A program made the translations under genes and the position numbers. Of a stretch of 64,000 nt of DNA, positions 1 to 11,543 are shown piece after piece (the first letter of the stretch is position 1; every line of letters begins with the position of its first letter). Source of the DNA: Podarcis tiliguerta (taxonomy: Eukaryota); the NCBI GenBank assembly GCA_965153285.1, contig OZ229110.1; one strand, 5' to 3'. A model generated the notes under the pieces. It saw nothing but the letters and a program-made list of their open reading frames with translations, had not been told where the DNA came from and ran no database searches.

Positions 1-768
1 CACAGGCCTGTTGTTCTTAATGTAAATTGGCACTAATAGGACTTTTCAATTGGTGTACTACTGAAAGACTCCAATGCAACCAGCAAGGGTGTGTAGACCC
101 CTGCTGTTCAATCCCATAGGAAGAGTGAAGAGTGAGGGACCAGCTTAGCCCAATCCTTGCTACAGCACGTTCTCTCAACAAGGCGCCTTCCTTCACTGTG
201 GGGATGTACAGGTGTGGCACTGTGGAGTGAGCAGACTCCCCAGCAGATTGGGATGCAGGTACAGCACTTATTGCTGGGGGAGTGGAGGGTGGACTCAACA
301 CTCACCCTCTAGGCTCACGTAACTGAGCTGCAAAGGGAGCCCTGGCTAAACTCAAGCGGAGCATGTGCTAGGGGAAGGGGGATGATAAATGCCAGGGTCA
401 ATAACTATTTATTCCAACCACAATAAAAATGGAGGTGCTGTGCAGAGCCATTTCTAAAAGCTGCCAACACTGATGCAGATAATGACAGCTTCACCTGGGA
501 ATGTTTGCTGTTGTCCATTCTTGGTCACGTAAAGAAACACTCAGCACCTGGGCAAAATTATAGACCCCATAACAAAGAGGCTTCTTATCATCCTCAGCTG
601 ATGGGAAGGAAATTAGATGCTGTAATTGTCACTGAGTTTAGGCCTTTCTGTTTTTGTTACCTGCAATGTCATTTGCAGAGGGTTAAACCGGGATTTAGTA
701 CATAATTGAGCATTGTTGTAACCTGCATACATATTAGAAAACAAGTAAAAAAAAAAAGCCTCCTAAAC

Positions 769-774
769 TTTATT
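769..774 (-). terminator. Candidate PHF21A polyadenylation signal AATAAA with a downstream U-rich element
   Basis: Minus strand reads AATAAAgtttaggaggc followed by a T run and acttgttttc. Confidence 0.5.
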
Positions 775-3700
775 GGGGGGAGGGGGAGGCATTTCTGCTT
801 ACCCTGGACCCAGATACAACTGTGGGACTTCCCCCTTATACTTAGAAGTGTGTGGGACACAGGAAATAGCTGCATTTGCAAACCTGTTTGAATGGGGACA
901 CTGTTAGATGTACACTGCATTGCTGGATTGACCAAGGGCACCAAACTAAAATAGCAATGTTACAGTGCTGGGGCTGGGGGGGTTGAAAGTACACAGAATT
1001 GTTGGGCCGAATGAGAGAAATGTTTTTGCACAAGTACTGCCTATCATCTTCTAATTTGTATTTTCCAATCACAAATGCATGGGCTATGCTTGCTGCAATT
1101 TCCCAACAACTAGGAAGCTGTAGTTATTCTTGTGACAGTGTCTCTTCAGTAAAAAAAAAAAGATTAAATCTGGTACAAGACTTCTTTAGCACCAGGAAAG
1201 TCACAAGTTCAAATAGGTTCCACCTTACAACAACTAATGGAGTCTGACCACACAATCCATTATTTCCATTTTCAATTGCAAATAAAAACTCCCAGCTGCA
1301 TCCTCAAATATGGATGGGTACTCTCTGGACTTTGCTGCACCAGCCCATGAGCATACACCCTGACATTCACACAGCGTGCCACAAATGAGCCAAGGCAGCA
1401 GCAGGCAACTCCTGCAGAATGTTTAGGAGTAGGATGTAAATATGCAATGTCATCTGCATGCAAGCAACTAGCCAGGATCCAGCCTTCAGGTGCAGAACAC
1501 TGTCCTCTCATCGTACTAATTATGTTTCTGAATTCTAAGAAAATCAGGGTGACAAACTTGTTACCCTGATGAACAAAGATACTGTGGTTCCCCTACGTTT
1601 TCTCAAGGCAAAAGGAAATCTGACACATCTGCTACCCAAGCAAGGATCTTTCTGCACAGCCAGACAAAACATGCCCAAACTTTATTTTCTCCTTCTGCTA
1701 TATTTCCAGAAGCCAAATCCCTCTTAAACTTAGGTGGCATTTCCAGGACAGGAGACGCCAGCGAGGCAGGGGTGAAGGGGCAAGGAGAGAAGTACACACC
1801 AAATCAGAAGAATGACACAATTAAAGTTTCACAAGAGTCCCTTGCTGCTCTTCACTTTAAACTAGCTGATCACTCCAGTGCTGCAGGCTAAGCAAAGTTG
1901 TACTACAGATGTCACTAGTCAAGAGAGGCCAAATGTAAAGTAATCCCCCCCCTCCAAAAAAAACACCCCATGGCTAAATCCAAAGCAAGGTTTCAACACA
2001 TGGGAGACCTTAGTATAATAAATTGTTTTCCCTTCAGAAAGTACAGGGGTTAACTGTGAGCCCCATTGTGGGGGCATAAAGGTAGCATGTTATTAATACT
2101 ACTTTGTTGAGGCACAGTTTTTAAATTGCTTAAAAGTGGAAGGTAGCAGACAAATGCCCCTTCCTCAGGGCAGATCAACACATGACTCTCTCCCCCTTCC
2201 CCTTACAACTGCCTTGCACTGAGCTCTCGTCTTCCCTCTCTGCACTGTGTGGTACAACTTTTCATGACCTGACGACACTGCAGGGTTTGCAGAACACAAA
2301 GGAGGCAGAGAATTCAATACAAGATCACTATTTTTGGCACCTGTTCCATGTTTAAGATAAAGCGAATAGTTCTGCACTCCCCGCACCTTACATCATAGGC
2401 TAAGAGGGCATGATGGCCATTGCCCCAATTCATGCATGTGTGGCCATTCTGAACGAACCTATGGCTTTAAGGGAAAAGAATACAAGGATGGCAAGTGTGT
2501 TTGGTGAGGGGAAGGAAGGGCCACATGAACATGGGAACAGCTGAAATCAGAAATCCCATTCGCCTGCCTCTGTCAACAGCCAACACCAATTTATCAACCA
2601 GAAGAGGGTAATTGGCTTCCTCCTGTTCCTTGCTGCTGGAAATCCAGCTTCTGGCCTGAAATACAAGGACTTGTCTATTTTTCACCCGTTACACTCAGAA
2701 TATCTAAATGTAGGTTTGCAAATTGCATGACCCATCAAGCCAAATGCAAACCACCCAACACACACGGTTGCTTGTTTGCTGCACTCAAAGGCAGACAAAA
2801 TCAGGAGGATTATCAGGGATCTGGTGGGCTACATTTGTCTTGGTAGGTCACAAGATGAAAAGGCCTCTCAAACATGCCCCCAACGATATTTTGCTCTGTG
2901 TATTGCTATAAAAAGTGTTATTTCCTCTGAGCAATTTTCCTGATTGGCTGCCTTCTGGCTTTACTTGCTAATAACACCAGGTACTTCGAAAGCTGCCAAC
3001 TTCACTACGGAGTATCAAAAGTCAAATGGTAAGGCCTGATCTTTTTCAAACGTAAAGCTAAGGCTATTTGACACAAATTGTCCTTACTCTTCACTGATAT
3101 GTATAGTGATAAAAAATCAGCTGCTGGACCGTGAGCATAACTGAGTGTCACTGAGGAGTCCTTGAGGGACAAGACTGGAGGCTAGAAGTAAAGAAACCGC
3201 CACAAACCATGAGTGGCAGGAACAAAATTCAGGTGATTATGTAAATAAAGTGCATTAGGATGCATAGTTCTTCAACACAGAATAGTAAAAGCATGGCAGC
3301 ACCATCACTGGCTGTCTGACAGAGGAGAGACTTTCTAACATGGACCCGGGCTGACTGCCATGACTTACGCCAACATGAATGCTGCCATGGAAGTGAAAGG
3401 GTATGAAATATTGGCCGTTTGCACTTGTCTATGCAAAGGTGGCTATTTCAGACTCGCTCATCTCATGTCCAGCACCAGCATTTTAATAGCATGAAATTAC
3501 TGCGACAATTTGCTTCAGAAGACAGACAAGCTGTGCTAAGCAGAGCCAGATCTCAACGCTAAAATCCTTTGTCTCCACGTTCTCCCTATAATCTAGGTGC
3601 TATAACGACAAAGATTTTTAAATGCTGCCAATGCTCTCTTGTGCTTTTAAGCACAAGAGTTAATTAGGAGAGCTTAACAGAGGAGAAATTCCACCAGTTG

Positions 3701-3851
3701 GAGGAAGGTTTTGCAGACTGGATGCAGTTCAATCCCACAGGCTATTTGAATGGCATGACAATCTCTCGACACTTACCCCCAAGGCATTTTTCAAACAGAA
3801 ACACAGCAGAATGGCAACATCATAAGCAAAACCTGTGTTAAAAAATTCTAA

Positions 3852-4003
3852 NNNNNNNNNNNNNNNNNNNNNNNNNNNNNNNNNNNNNNNNNNNNNNNNN
3901 NNNNNNNNNNNNNNNNNNNNNNNNNNNNNNNNNNNNNNNNNNNNNNNNNNNNNNNNNNNNNNNNNNNNNNNNNNNNNNNNNNNNNNNNNNNNNNNNNNNN
4001 NNN
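3852..4003. other. Assembly gap (N run)
   Basis: Ns. Confidence 1.
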
Positions 4004-4828
4004 ATTTAAAAAAGTTGTTTTTCCCCCAGATACAAAGATTTTGCCCTTGCATAAAAAACAGTGCCCAAAACGATGACACACGGACTCACAAAGACTCACT
4101 GTATCTCACTGACACTATTACTTCTAATCTATACCATGCAAGGTCCCATCTACCTCTTTAATCGGACTGTCAGCCTGAAAAAAACAGCTTTTCTATTCCT
4201 TACATTTGTAACCAAAAGAGAAAGGAAACAAAGGAAACAGGCATTTAAATTTTTTTTGTTTTTTTTTTACTATTTGGGCCATATGTTTGGGACATGTGCT
4301 GTACTGTTTGGAATATCACTTTTGCTTGACAAGTGTACCAAAAAAAAAAAAAAGTTGGAATTTTCATTTCAGTCGTGACCCGCTTTTCTGAAACCCCCGT
4401 CTGATTATATTAGTCCCCCTCCCTTCTCCTTTTCCTCAGCAAAAGCTTCCTGGGCCAATGTGATGCCCAAACCAGCAATTTATTTCACTTGTCTATTTGG
4501 AAAAAAAAGTGGATAAACCCAAAGCTGCCAATCTAGTAATCCCCAGCCTGAGTGTGCACTAGATACTTAGTGAAAAACCCTTCCCCATTCCTTTTTGTCT
4601 CTCCTGTCAAAACAATAGTGAATACTGCTTACTGGATAGGCTTGGTCCCCACTCCCACCACCCCGCCCCCTCTGGACCCTAGGACTTGTTAATTCATATT
4701 TCTGGATTTTTGGTTTAGTAGTACGGAGAATTCAGAAACAGGAAAAGCCCACAGGCTCTTTGGACTTGAAGTTTCCTTAGCTAAACAAACTGGTCTGCAG
4801 ATAAGATTTGAAACCTGCTCCTCCTCCC

Positions 4829-5004
4829 NNNNNNNNNNNNNNNNNNNNNNNNNNNNNNNNNNNNNNNNNNNNNNNNNNNNNNNNNNNNNNNNNNNNNNNN
4901 NNNNNNNNNNNNNNNNNNNNNNNNNNNNNNNNNNNNNNNNNNNNNNNNNNNNNNNNNNNNNNNNNNNNNNNNNNNNNNNNNNNNNNNNNNNNNNNNNNNN
5001 NNNN
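4829..5004. other. Assembly gap (N run)
   Basis: Ns. Confidence 1.
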
Positions 5005-5206
5005 TCCAAACTTTGCACGTACACACAGAATAAGGAGGATCGATTGGCAACTCTGGTGCTGCCTGGCACAAGCCTCTTCGCGCTCTTTCTGGAACCAAAG
5101 AGTTCTGCGCTGTCCAGAAGAAATCCAGCTTTTCTTTTCTAGAGTTTTATTGTTTTGCTCTTCTGCCTCGCCGCCATCTCCCCCGGCTCCTTCTTCCTGT
5201 GCTATG

Positions 5207-5464
5207 TTATTTAGTCTCGTCGCCCTTGGTACAGTTCACCATGCAGCTCTGGGAGGGGGAAGAGGCTGGGGTGGAGGCGGCGGCAGCCTTTGCGTTATTG
5301 GTGGAGTCCATGCCATTGGAGATGGCGACGGAACTGCCCTCAGAGTTTATGGGTTTTGAAAGGTTGATGCCCTGGATGAGGCGAATTAACTGTTTTACCT
5401 TCTCCAATGAACTGTGCATTTCCTTCTGTTTTGCCAGGATGGTGTTCTTCATTTCCATACATTT
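5207..5464 (-). CDS. PHF21A: PHF21A last coding exon ([17 protein letters not shown]...TKGDETK*)
   Basis: ORF 5207-5491; cag|AAA acceptor; TAA stop; C-terminus resembles recalled human GEETK. Confidence 0.96.
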   Translation of the reverse strand, partial: KCMEMKNTILAKQKEMHSSLEKVKQLIRLIQGINLSKPINSEGSSVAISNGMDSTNNAKAAAASTPASSPSQSCMVNCTKGDETK

Positions 5465-5911
5465 CTGAAGCAGATTGGAACGACATTGCATTAATGAGTG
5501 CGCTCATTAAAAAAAGGCCCAAACGAGAAAGCAAAGGGATCCCAAGATCCACAAGGGACTGCAAAAACAGATTCTTTGTCAAAGCACCTGGTGGATACAA
5601 CATGGCTCCCATACCAAATATAGCCCACATAGCAAACCAAAGAGCTCAAAGAAAGCAAATGCTATTTCACAGCCACGACTACAGCATATAGATTACAACT
5701 ATGACTTAGCAGAGAAAAAGAAGCTCTAACAAACATAAGAAGCCGCTGAGACTTTTAAAAAACACCACCACGACAAAGCTGTGGTGAAGCATGGCTCAGA
5801 ACTGATACTGTGATTGGTCACAGTAAACAGTCATTTTCTAAGATTCACGGCTGTAGCTTCTAGTGGAACACAGAGGATAAACAAACCATCATTTAGCACA
5901 GCAATACTTAC

Positions 5912-6015
5912 TGTTATAGAATTGCTGAGCTGTTTGACTTTCTGTTCTAGCTGCTCCCTTTCCTGTTTTAAATCTGAACTCCATTTCAGTAATTTCTGTT
6001 TTTCCTCTTCTTTTG
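5912..6015 (-). CDS. PHF21A: PHF21A coiled-coil exon ([35 protein letters not shown]), 104 nt, phase 1/0
   Basis: ORF 5831-6085; cag|CA acceptor, ACA|gtaagt donor. Confidence 0.95.
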
Positions 6016-6109
6016 CTGTGAAAGAGAGTACATCAATTGTATCAATTATGCCCTGCAGATGGGATCTCTCAGCTGTTTTGCACAATGGAAAGCCAGTACT
6101 GGACCATAC

Positions 6110-6115
6110 CTGAAG
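6110..6115 (-). CDS. PHF21A: Candidate 6-nt in-frame microexon (CTTCAG; adds Ala-Ser)
   Basis: ctgac-tctctttatgtctgcacctgcag|CTTCAG|gtatgg. Confidence 0.45.
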
Positions 6116-6290
6116 CTGCAGGTGCAGACATAAAGAGAGTCAGATGAAGCTGTCATATCCATTTCATTACTGGGGTTATCATGCAGTCAGCTCTTAATTT
6201 CCTTCTGAAAACAAACATCCTACTCCCTTCCTCAAAGTAACATTTTCCAAAGAAAAGAAAACCAAGCCAAGCCCTGCACCATTTTCTTAC

Positions 6291-6366
6291 CTGCTTTGTA
6301 TGCAATATATGAATGAACAATTGCTAAAGTTCCTGGCCACGGGATTGCTTCTTCTTTCTTGAGCAT
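6291..6366 (-). CDS. PHF21A: PHF21A coding exon ([25 protein letters not shown]-), 76 nt, phase 0/1
   Basis: Manual translation; cag|ATG acceptor, CAG|gtaaga donor. Confidence 0.95.
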
Positions 6367-8103
6367 CTGAAAGAAAGGAGAAGGAACACTTGGCTGACGT
6401 GTTCTACCTCTAGGAAAGATGACACACGCTAAAGGGTTTCTTTCACAACAACTATTGAAATCAATGCCATTCTCTTCTTAAGCCCTCCCCAGGCAATAAA
6501 ACAACTTAAAATCCCCCTTTGTTCTACTCTTGGGATGCTGTTAGTTCTGGTCCGGGACAAGGAGCCTGTTGCTTTGTTGACATGTGATGGGTGTGGGAGG
6601 CCAATGGGATAAAGAAATGAACCAGACTATATCCACATATCAAAAGGAGGGAGAGGAAGACTGTGCTGCAGTGCTATCAAGTGCATGGGGATAACACGTA
6701 ACCTTTCAAGAACTAAATAAAAAACACAAATTTCATAAAATGGTAAGGAAGGGTAGCCTTGTTGCTTTAGAGTCTACATTAAAAAACAAGATGAAGGCAA
6801 TTACATGATCACTTCTATGCTTGGTTGTTTCAGCAGGCAAGCATTCAGCCCCTAAAGAATTAATTAAAAAAAATAAAAATCCCTAAATGGATAACAAAAC
6901 AGTGAGGCACTCGTAGGAAGAAGGGGAATTGTGTTACTAATCACTAAAACATATGTGCCTGTGATATTCACAACCAGCTTATACACAGCACTCACAATAG
7001 TATGCTGAAATGGGGAGCGGGGAGGGGGGAAGGAAATTCCAAGCAAAAGAATACTGAGGTTTGAGTACTGGGGAAATTCTTCAACGGAAGCATTATCCAA
7101 AAAAGATGCCTGATCCACAACTCAACACGCACCTCGAGCAAGTAAACATTGCATTTACTGCACACACAAAAACCTCCACAATAGTTTGGGAAGACCCTCA
7201 AGATTTAATAGCATGAAATACTCACACATCTGTGCTAAACCTCCCACAAGGGAAGACTGTTTAATCACCATGTCAGCAATTTTGTACATTCCCTTGCATC
7301 TACAAACATTTTCTGCTGATGAAATTTTAACAAGCTGAACAGGAATGAAGAGACAACATATCTGATCTTAAAACTTGCCAGTAGAGTGGATTGTGACTTC
7401 ATGATTCATAAACTGCTGATCTAATTAGCTAAAGGAAAAACACTCTGATAGCAAAGAGCAGTCTCCGTGGAGAAAACTACATGTTACTTTGGCAAACATG
7501 CATTTCCCACAAATGTGTTTGTTGGTTAACAGCAATGCAGGAGTAGCGGGGCATTTCCAGAAGAGAATTGGTGGGTGGGAGACGGGTGTTTAATCATGTG
7601 GTTATTCATCACAAAACGTTCCTCCCCAGCTGGGCTTATTTTTGCTCTCAAAGCCAGCTATGGGGAAAGATTTAGCATCTATCTCATGCCTGCTAACTCT
7701 CACCTGTAAAATGCCCTGTGTCCCTGCATTATCATGCAAACATTGGTTTTCCAGCATGTAGCTTTGTCCTAGACCTTAAAATACTGGACCTTCCAACACA
7801 TGTATTGAAGAATGAAGCTAACATTATATATATATTGTGGAAGCAGAAATAGATAAAGATGCAAGTGGATCACAGGGAATCTTCCCCGTAAGTCTTCGAG
7901 CTTTGCCATGGCAAATAAATGGCTGTTTAGTACCCTGAGATGTGGAACAGAAAAGCAAATGTTTGATGGCTTTGAATTTGTGAGGCCATTTCCATTCAGG
8001 TCAGATATTTTCGCCCTCTCAAAGTCTAAGCCATGTGCCCCACCCATTTTGTCAAAAGCAGAGAACCGTTGCGAGAGGCTTCCCCTTTTGTGTCAAACAA
8101 TAC

Positions 8104-8259
8104 CTGGTCTTGACATTTGGGACAGATCCACATGCCCTTGGGAATAGTTTTCAGAGGTGGGTCCAGACAGTCCAAGTGATACACACGTGAGCACGTGTCA
8201 CACATCAGCAACTGCCCACTTTTCCTGCAAACACTGCAAAAATCTTCATGGATATCACC
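8104..8259 (-). CDS. PHF21A: PHF21A PHD finger exon ([52 protein letters not shown]), 156 nt
   Basis: C4HC3 PHD motif; tag|GGT acceptor, CAG|gtattg donor. Confidence 0.97.
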
Positions 8260-8659
8260 CTATAAAATTAGAGGGGGGAAAGGGAACTTACAAACTTTGA
8301 AAACTAAATTCCAGTTCAAAGTAAAGTCCTAAGTGAATGAAATCCCCAAAATAATATCCTTTTCATGAAGCACAGAAAGAAAGCCACCAAAGGGTGCCTG
8401 ACGATTAGATCCACTTTCTTCAGACAGAAAAGAACCACAAGGAACGTCAAGGGCCACAGCTTCTTCAAATGCCACCATGTCTACCCTAGTACAATTTCAA
8501 ACTATAAAGCACAGATCACTTATTTATATAGTTAAGAATCACACCCATCTTATTTTCAAGTAAGTGAAATTAAATGTGGGGTGAAAGTCCCAGTGATCCA
8601 CTGTATGGAAAACATTTTAAAAGTGCCGCAATAGGTTCGGTTCTCCAGGAGGTGCAGAA

Positions 8660-9010
8660 CTTGTCACCCATGTTTAACTTAATGCTGGGTGGGATTAGAC
8701 AACGTCTGAGAGTGTGCTGTCATCACCATGCTGATGACACACAGCTCTTATGTCATCTTCTGCAGGTAGGCAGTGGACCTGCTGATTGGTGACCTGTCAT
8801 GATAATGAACTGGATGAGGACCAATGACATGAGTCTTAATCCAGCCAAGAGGGATTAGCAGGTGGATCTTCTGACCAGGTGAATGGCATGCAATATGCTC
8901 TTGGCAGGGTGAGACTCATTCTGAAAGGTCCATAGTCTGAGTGTCTTCCTGTATCCACTGCTGTCACTTGAGGGACAGGTGGCCCTGGTAGTGCAGAATG
9001 CTTTAGCTTC
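8660..9010 (+). mobile_element. Degenerate L2-clade LINE reverse transcriptase fragment
   Basis: Encodes HADDTQL (YADDTQL-like) plus decayed downstream RT-like sequence; boundaries approximate. Confidence 0.6.
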
Positions 9011-10518
9011 TGTTTTTTGTTACAAAAAAGTTAAAAACCAAAAGATTGTAAGTCACTTGCAGTGTAATTGAAACCTAGGATCCACTGGGATGATAGAATT
9101 TGGATATGGCAGATCTCAATGGATGCTCAGCCGGTGGATCTTAAGAAGGTATCACTTACACTAGCACAAGTTCCCCCCAGAAGGGGGCATTCTGGAGATG
9201 TGGCAGAGCAAGGAGAGACTTACACCTCTTCCAAACACCTTCTGTCTCAGTCAAGTGACCCAGCAGCCCAGCCAATGTAGCTGGCAAAGAGCGGCCTATT
9301 CCTTCTGAACTGAGTTTGGAATAGGGGTAACTTTTGCCACTGTAACATGCTAGCATTATTTATGCTAGCTTTCTATAGTTAGGATTGCTCCATTAGAGAC
9401 TTTTGTAGTAAGCAACTAATAATTTAAATCCAACACTAGTAGCCCAATCCAACACTAGGAGCTCACTATACTGAGGTGCTTATTTTGTTTGGGGACAGAG
9501 TACATAAATCAAATAGTGAATATGAATATTCCAGTGCTGGAGAGGAGTGAAACTAACACATATACAAGGAATAAAAGCTAATATCATTAACCATGATGGA
9601 TAAGAGAGATTTGCTGTGGTGGTTGCTGCTGCTATTGTATGTCTTTATTTTCAATGGCTATATGACCACACTGGATTGATAAGCCTCTAAGCAAATAAGC
9701 AAAATCTGCACAGCTATAGGGGCAGAAAATTGTACTAATTGTGAGCAGTGAAGTCATGGCCATTTCTAGGTGCCTGTGACATCTGTACAGCCTCATTCCA
9801 CGCAACACGCCAAATCAAAACAAGAAAGCAAGGGGATGGGTTAGGCAGGTGGGGGCCAGAGATAAAATATAAAATTAATGCTTTCTATTGGCAAAAGAAC
9901 TGTGGTCTACACGTTGGCAAAATGTGATATCTGGGGAACAGCACTGAGGAGAAAGCCTGCCTGGATTCTCTGCAAATATGAGTAAGATCTACATATTTAT
10001 TGTGCAATAAAATTATTGTTTGCAAAAGGCTATGGAATCTAGCCTTGGGCATGCTTAGCATGAGCATAATCATAATTTCACCTGGGTGCTACCTCTTAAG
10101 GTAGCTACAGTCTTTCCTAAGAAATGTGTTTCATGGGCCATCATCTTTTCAATATTTTGGAAGTAGAAGGCACTGCTTGCAAAATTAAGGTAATGCACCA
10201 CTTTAAGCCTAGTATAACTTTAACCTTGGTGCATCACTGCAATATCCAGTAATAGGTATACTTTTTCTGATTTATCTTACGTAAACTTGGCCTTTCGATA
10301 GAAGAGATGGAAAACCTTGACCAAACCAGACTAACACAAAACACCATCCCCAGCTGTAAAATGTAAACAAAGGCCCCAATACTACTTTTAATAGCAAGAA
10401 CATGTCAGTTTTGCATGACTCTTTGCATTACTTTCCCTTCCTTATCTCTTCACTTTAGGATGCAAAATTCTTAGCAAAGCCATTTAGTTTCCTTTTCTCT
10501 CTTTCCTTCTGCCGTTAC

Positions 10519-10551
10519 CATCTCATAGTTACTATTTTTATTTGTAGATCG
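10519..10551 (-). CDS. PHF21A: Candidate 33-nt in-frame cassette exon (RSTNKNSNYEM)
   Basis: Long pyrimidine tract, TGC at about -14, tacag|CGA acceptor, ATG|gtaacg donor, phase 0/0, no stop. Confidence 0.6.
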
Positions 10552-11424
10552 CTGTACAAAAATGCAGAAAGAGAAGAAGAGCTAAAAAGAACAGAAATAA
10601 GGTAACAGAAAATGGCTTAATACATGAATTTCAATCAACTGAGGGCTGCTCTGGAAAATTGCTACATCCAAATCCCAATCTCTAATGCTTCCTTCAAATT
10701 CAGAATATAGGGATAAAATTTGAAAGAAATAAAAGTGTCACCGCCTCCTTAAAATATGTAATTCAATCTTCCATATCAAACTGAGCAGTGGTAGGATTTG
10801 AATTATGCCAGATGTTTTCTACTGCCTTACATAGCATGCTAATGTGCCCATCTTTATTAAGAATACATATTAAATGATGCCAGAATACCAACCACGGGCG
10901 GGTGGGAGGATATTACCCACAAACATTAGCTGAGGCTTAAACTTTGACTTTGAAAACCAAGCCTCTCTCTATTAATTCCTAAACTTACTGTGCTATCCTG
11001 ACTTTGGCATGTAAAGATGCTTTGATTTTGCAAGTTCTAAATATCAAATGAGTCCTGGATTCCAATGTTCAAATTATGGGGGGAAGGGGGGGACTTAATG
11101 AAAACCTCACCTTTTATCCTTCAACCCCCCACCCAGCTTTTAAGTCAGTCATACTCCTCTCTGTAGCTTTCTACAGTAGTTGTAGTAGTAGCTAAGATGA
11201 GTTTCACTAAACATAACAGGGTTGGATCCCCTGTGACTTGAGCATTGTTGGGTTCTAAAGTAGTTCAATCTATAATAATACAGCCAGTTTCATATTGTCC
11301 ACTCAACAGAGTTAAACTTTCATGTATCTCTTGAAGTGTTATGACTACCCAAACTCAAAAGGCCAACTTTTTTCTTGTATTTTGTGACTGCATGGAAGAC
11401 AAACACAACGAGGTTTCCCTAGAA

Positions 11425-11543
11425 CAGGGGTGGAGAGCATGTAGCTCTCCAAATACTGCTGAACTAATTTACAAAATCCCCTGACCTCTGGCTGTGCTAG
11501 CCAAGACAGCAACATATGGAAGGCCACAGATCCCACATCCTAG
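11425..11543. mobile_element. Short hAT-like MITE
   Basis: CAGGGGTGG start; flanked by an 8-bp near-direct repeat ccctagaa/ccctagag. Confidence 0.5.

Larger units (their letters stand above)
750..5206 (-). other. PHF21A: PHF21A 3' UTR (approximate extent; contains two assembly gaps)
   Basis: Follows the stop codon; poor in recognisable transposons, with U-rich tracts; ends near a candidate poly(A) signal. Confidence 0.6.

Noticed and set aside
5146-5151. AATAAA about 55 nt after the stop codon
   Set aside because: No clear U/GU-rich downstream element; cannot be supported as a used site
3729-5359. Long ORFs spanning N runs (also 52455-53009)
   Set aside because: Artefacts of assembly gaps translated as X
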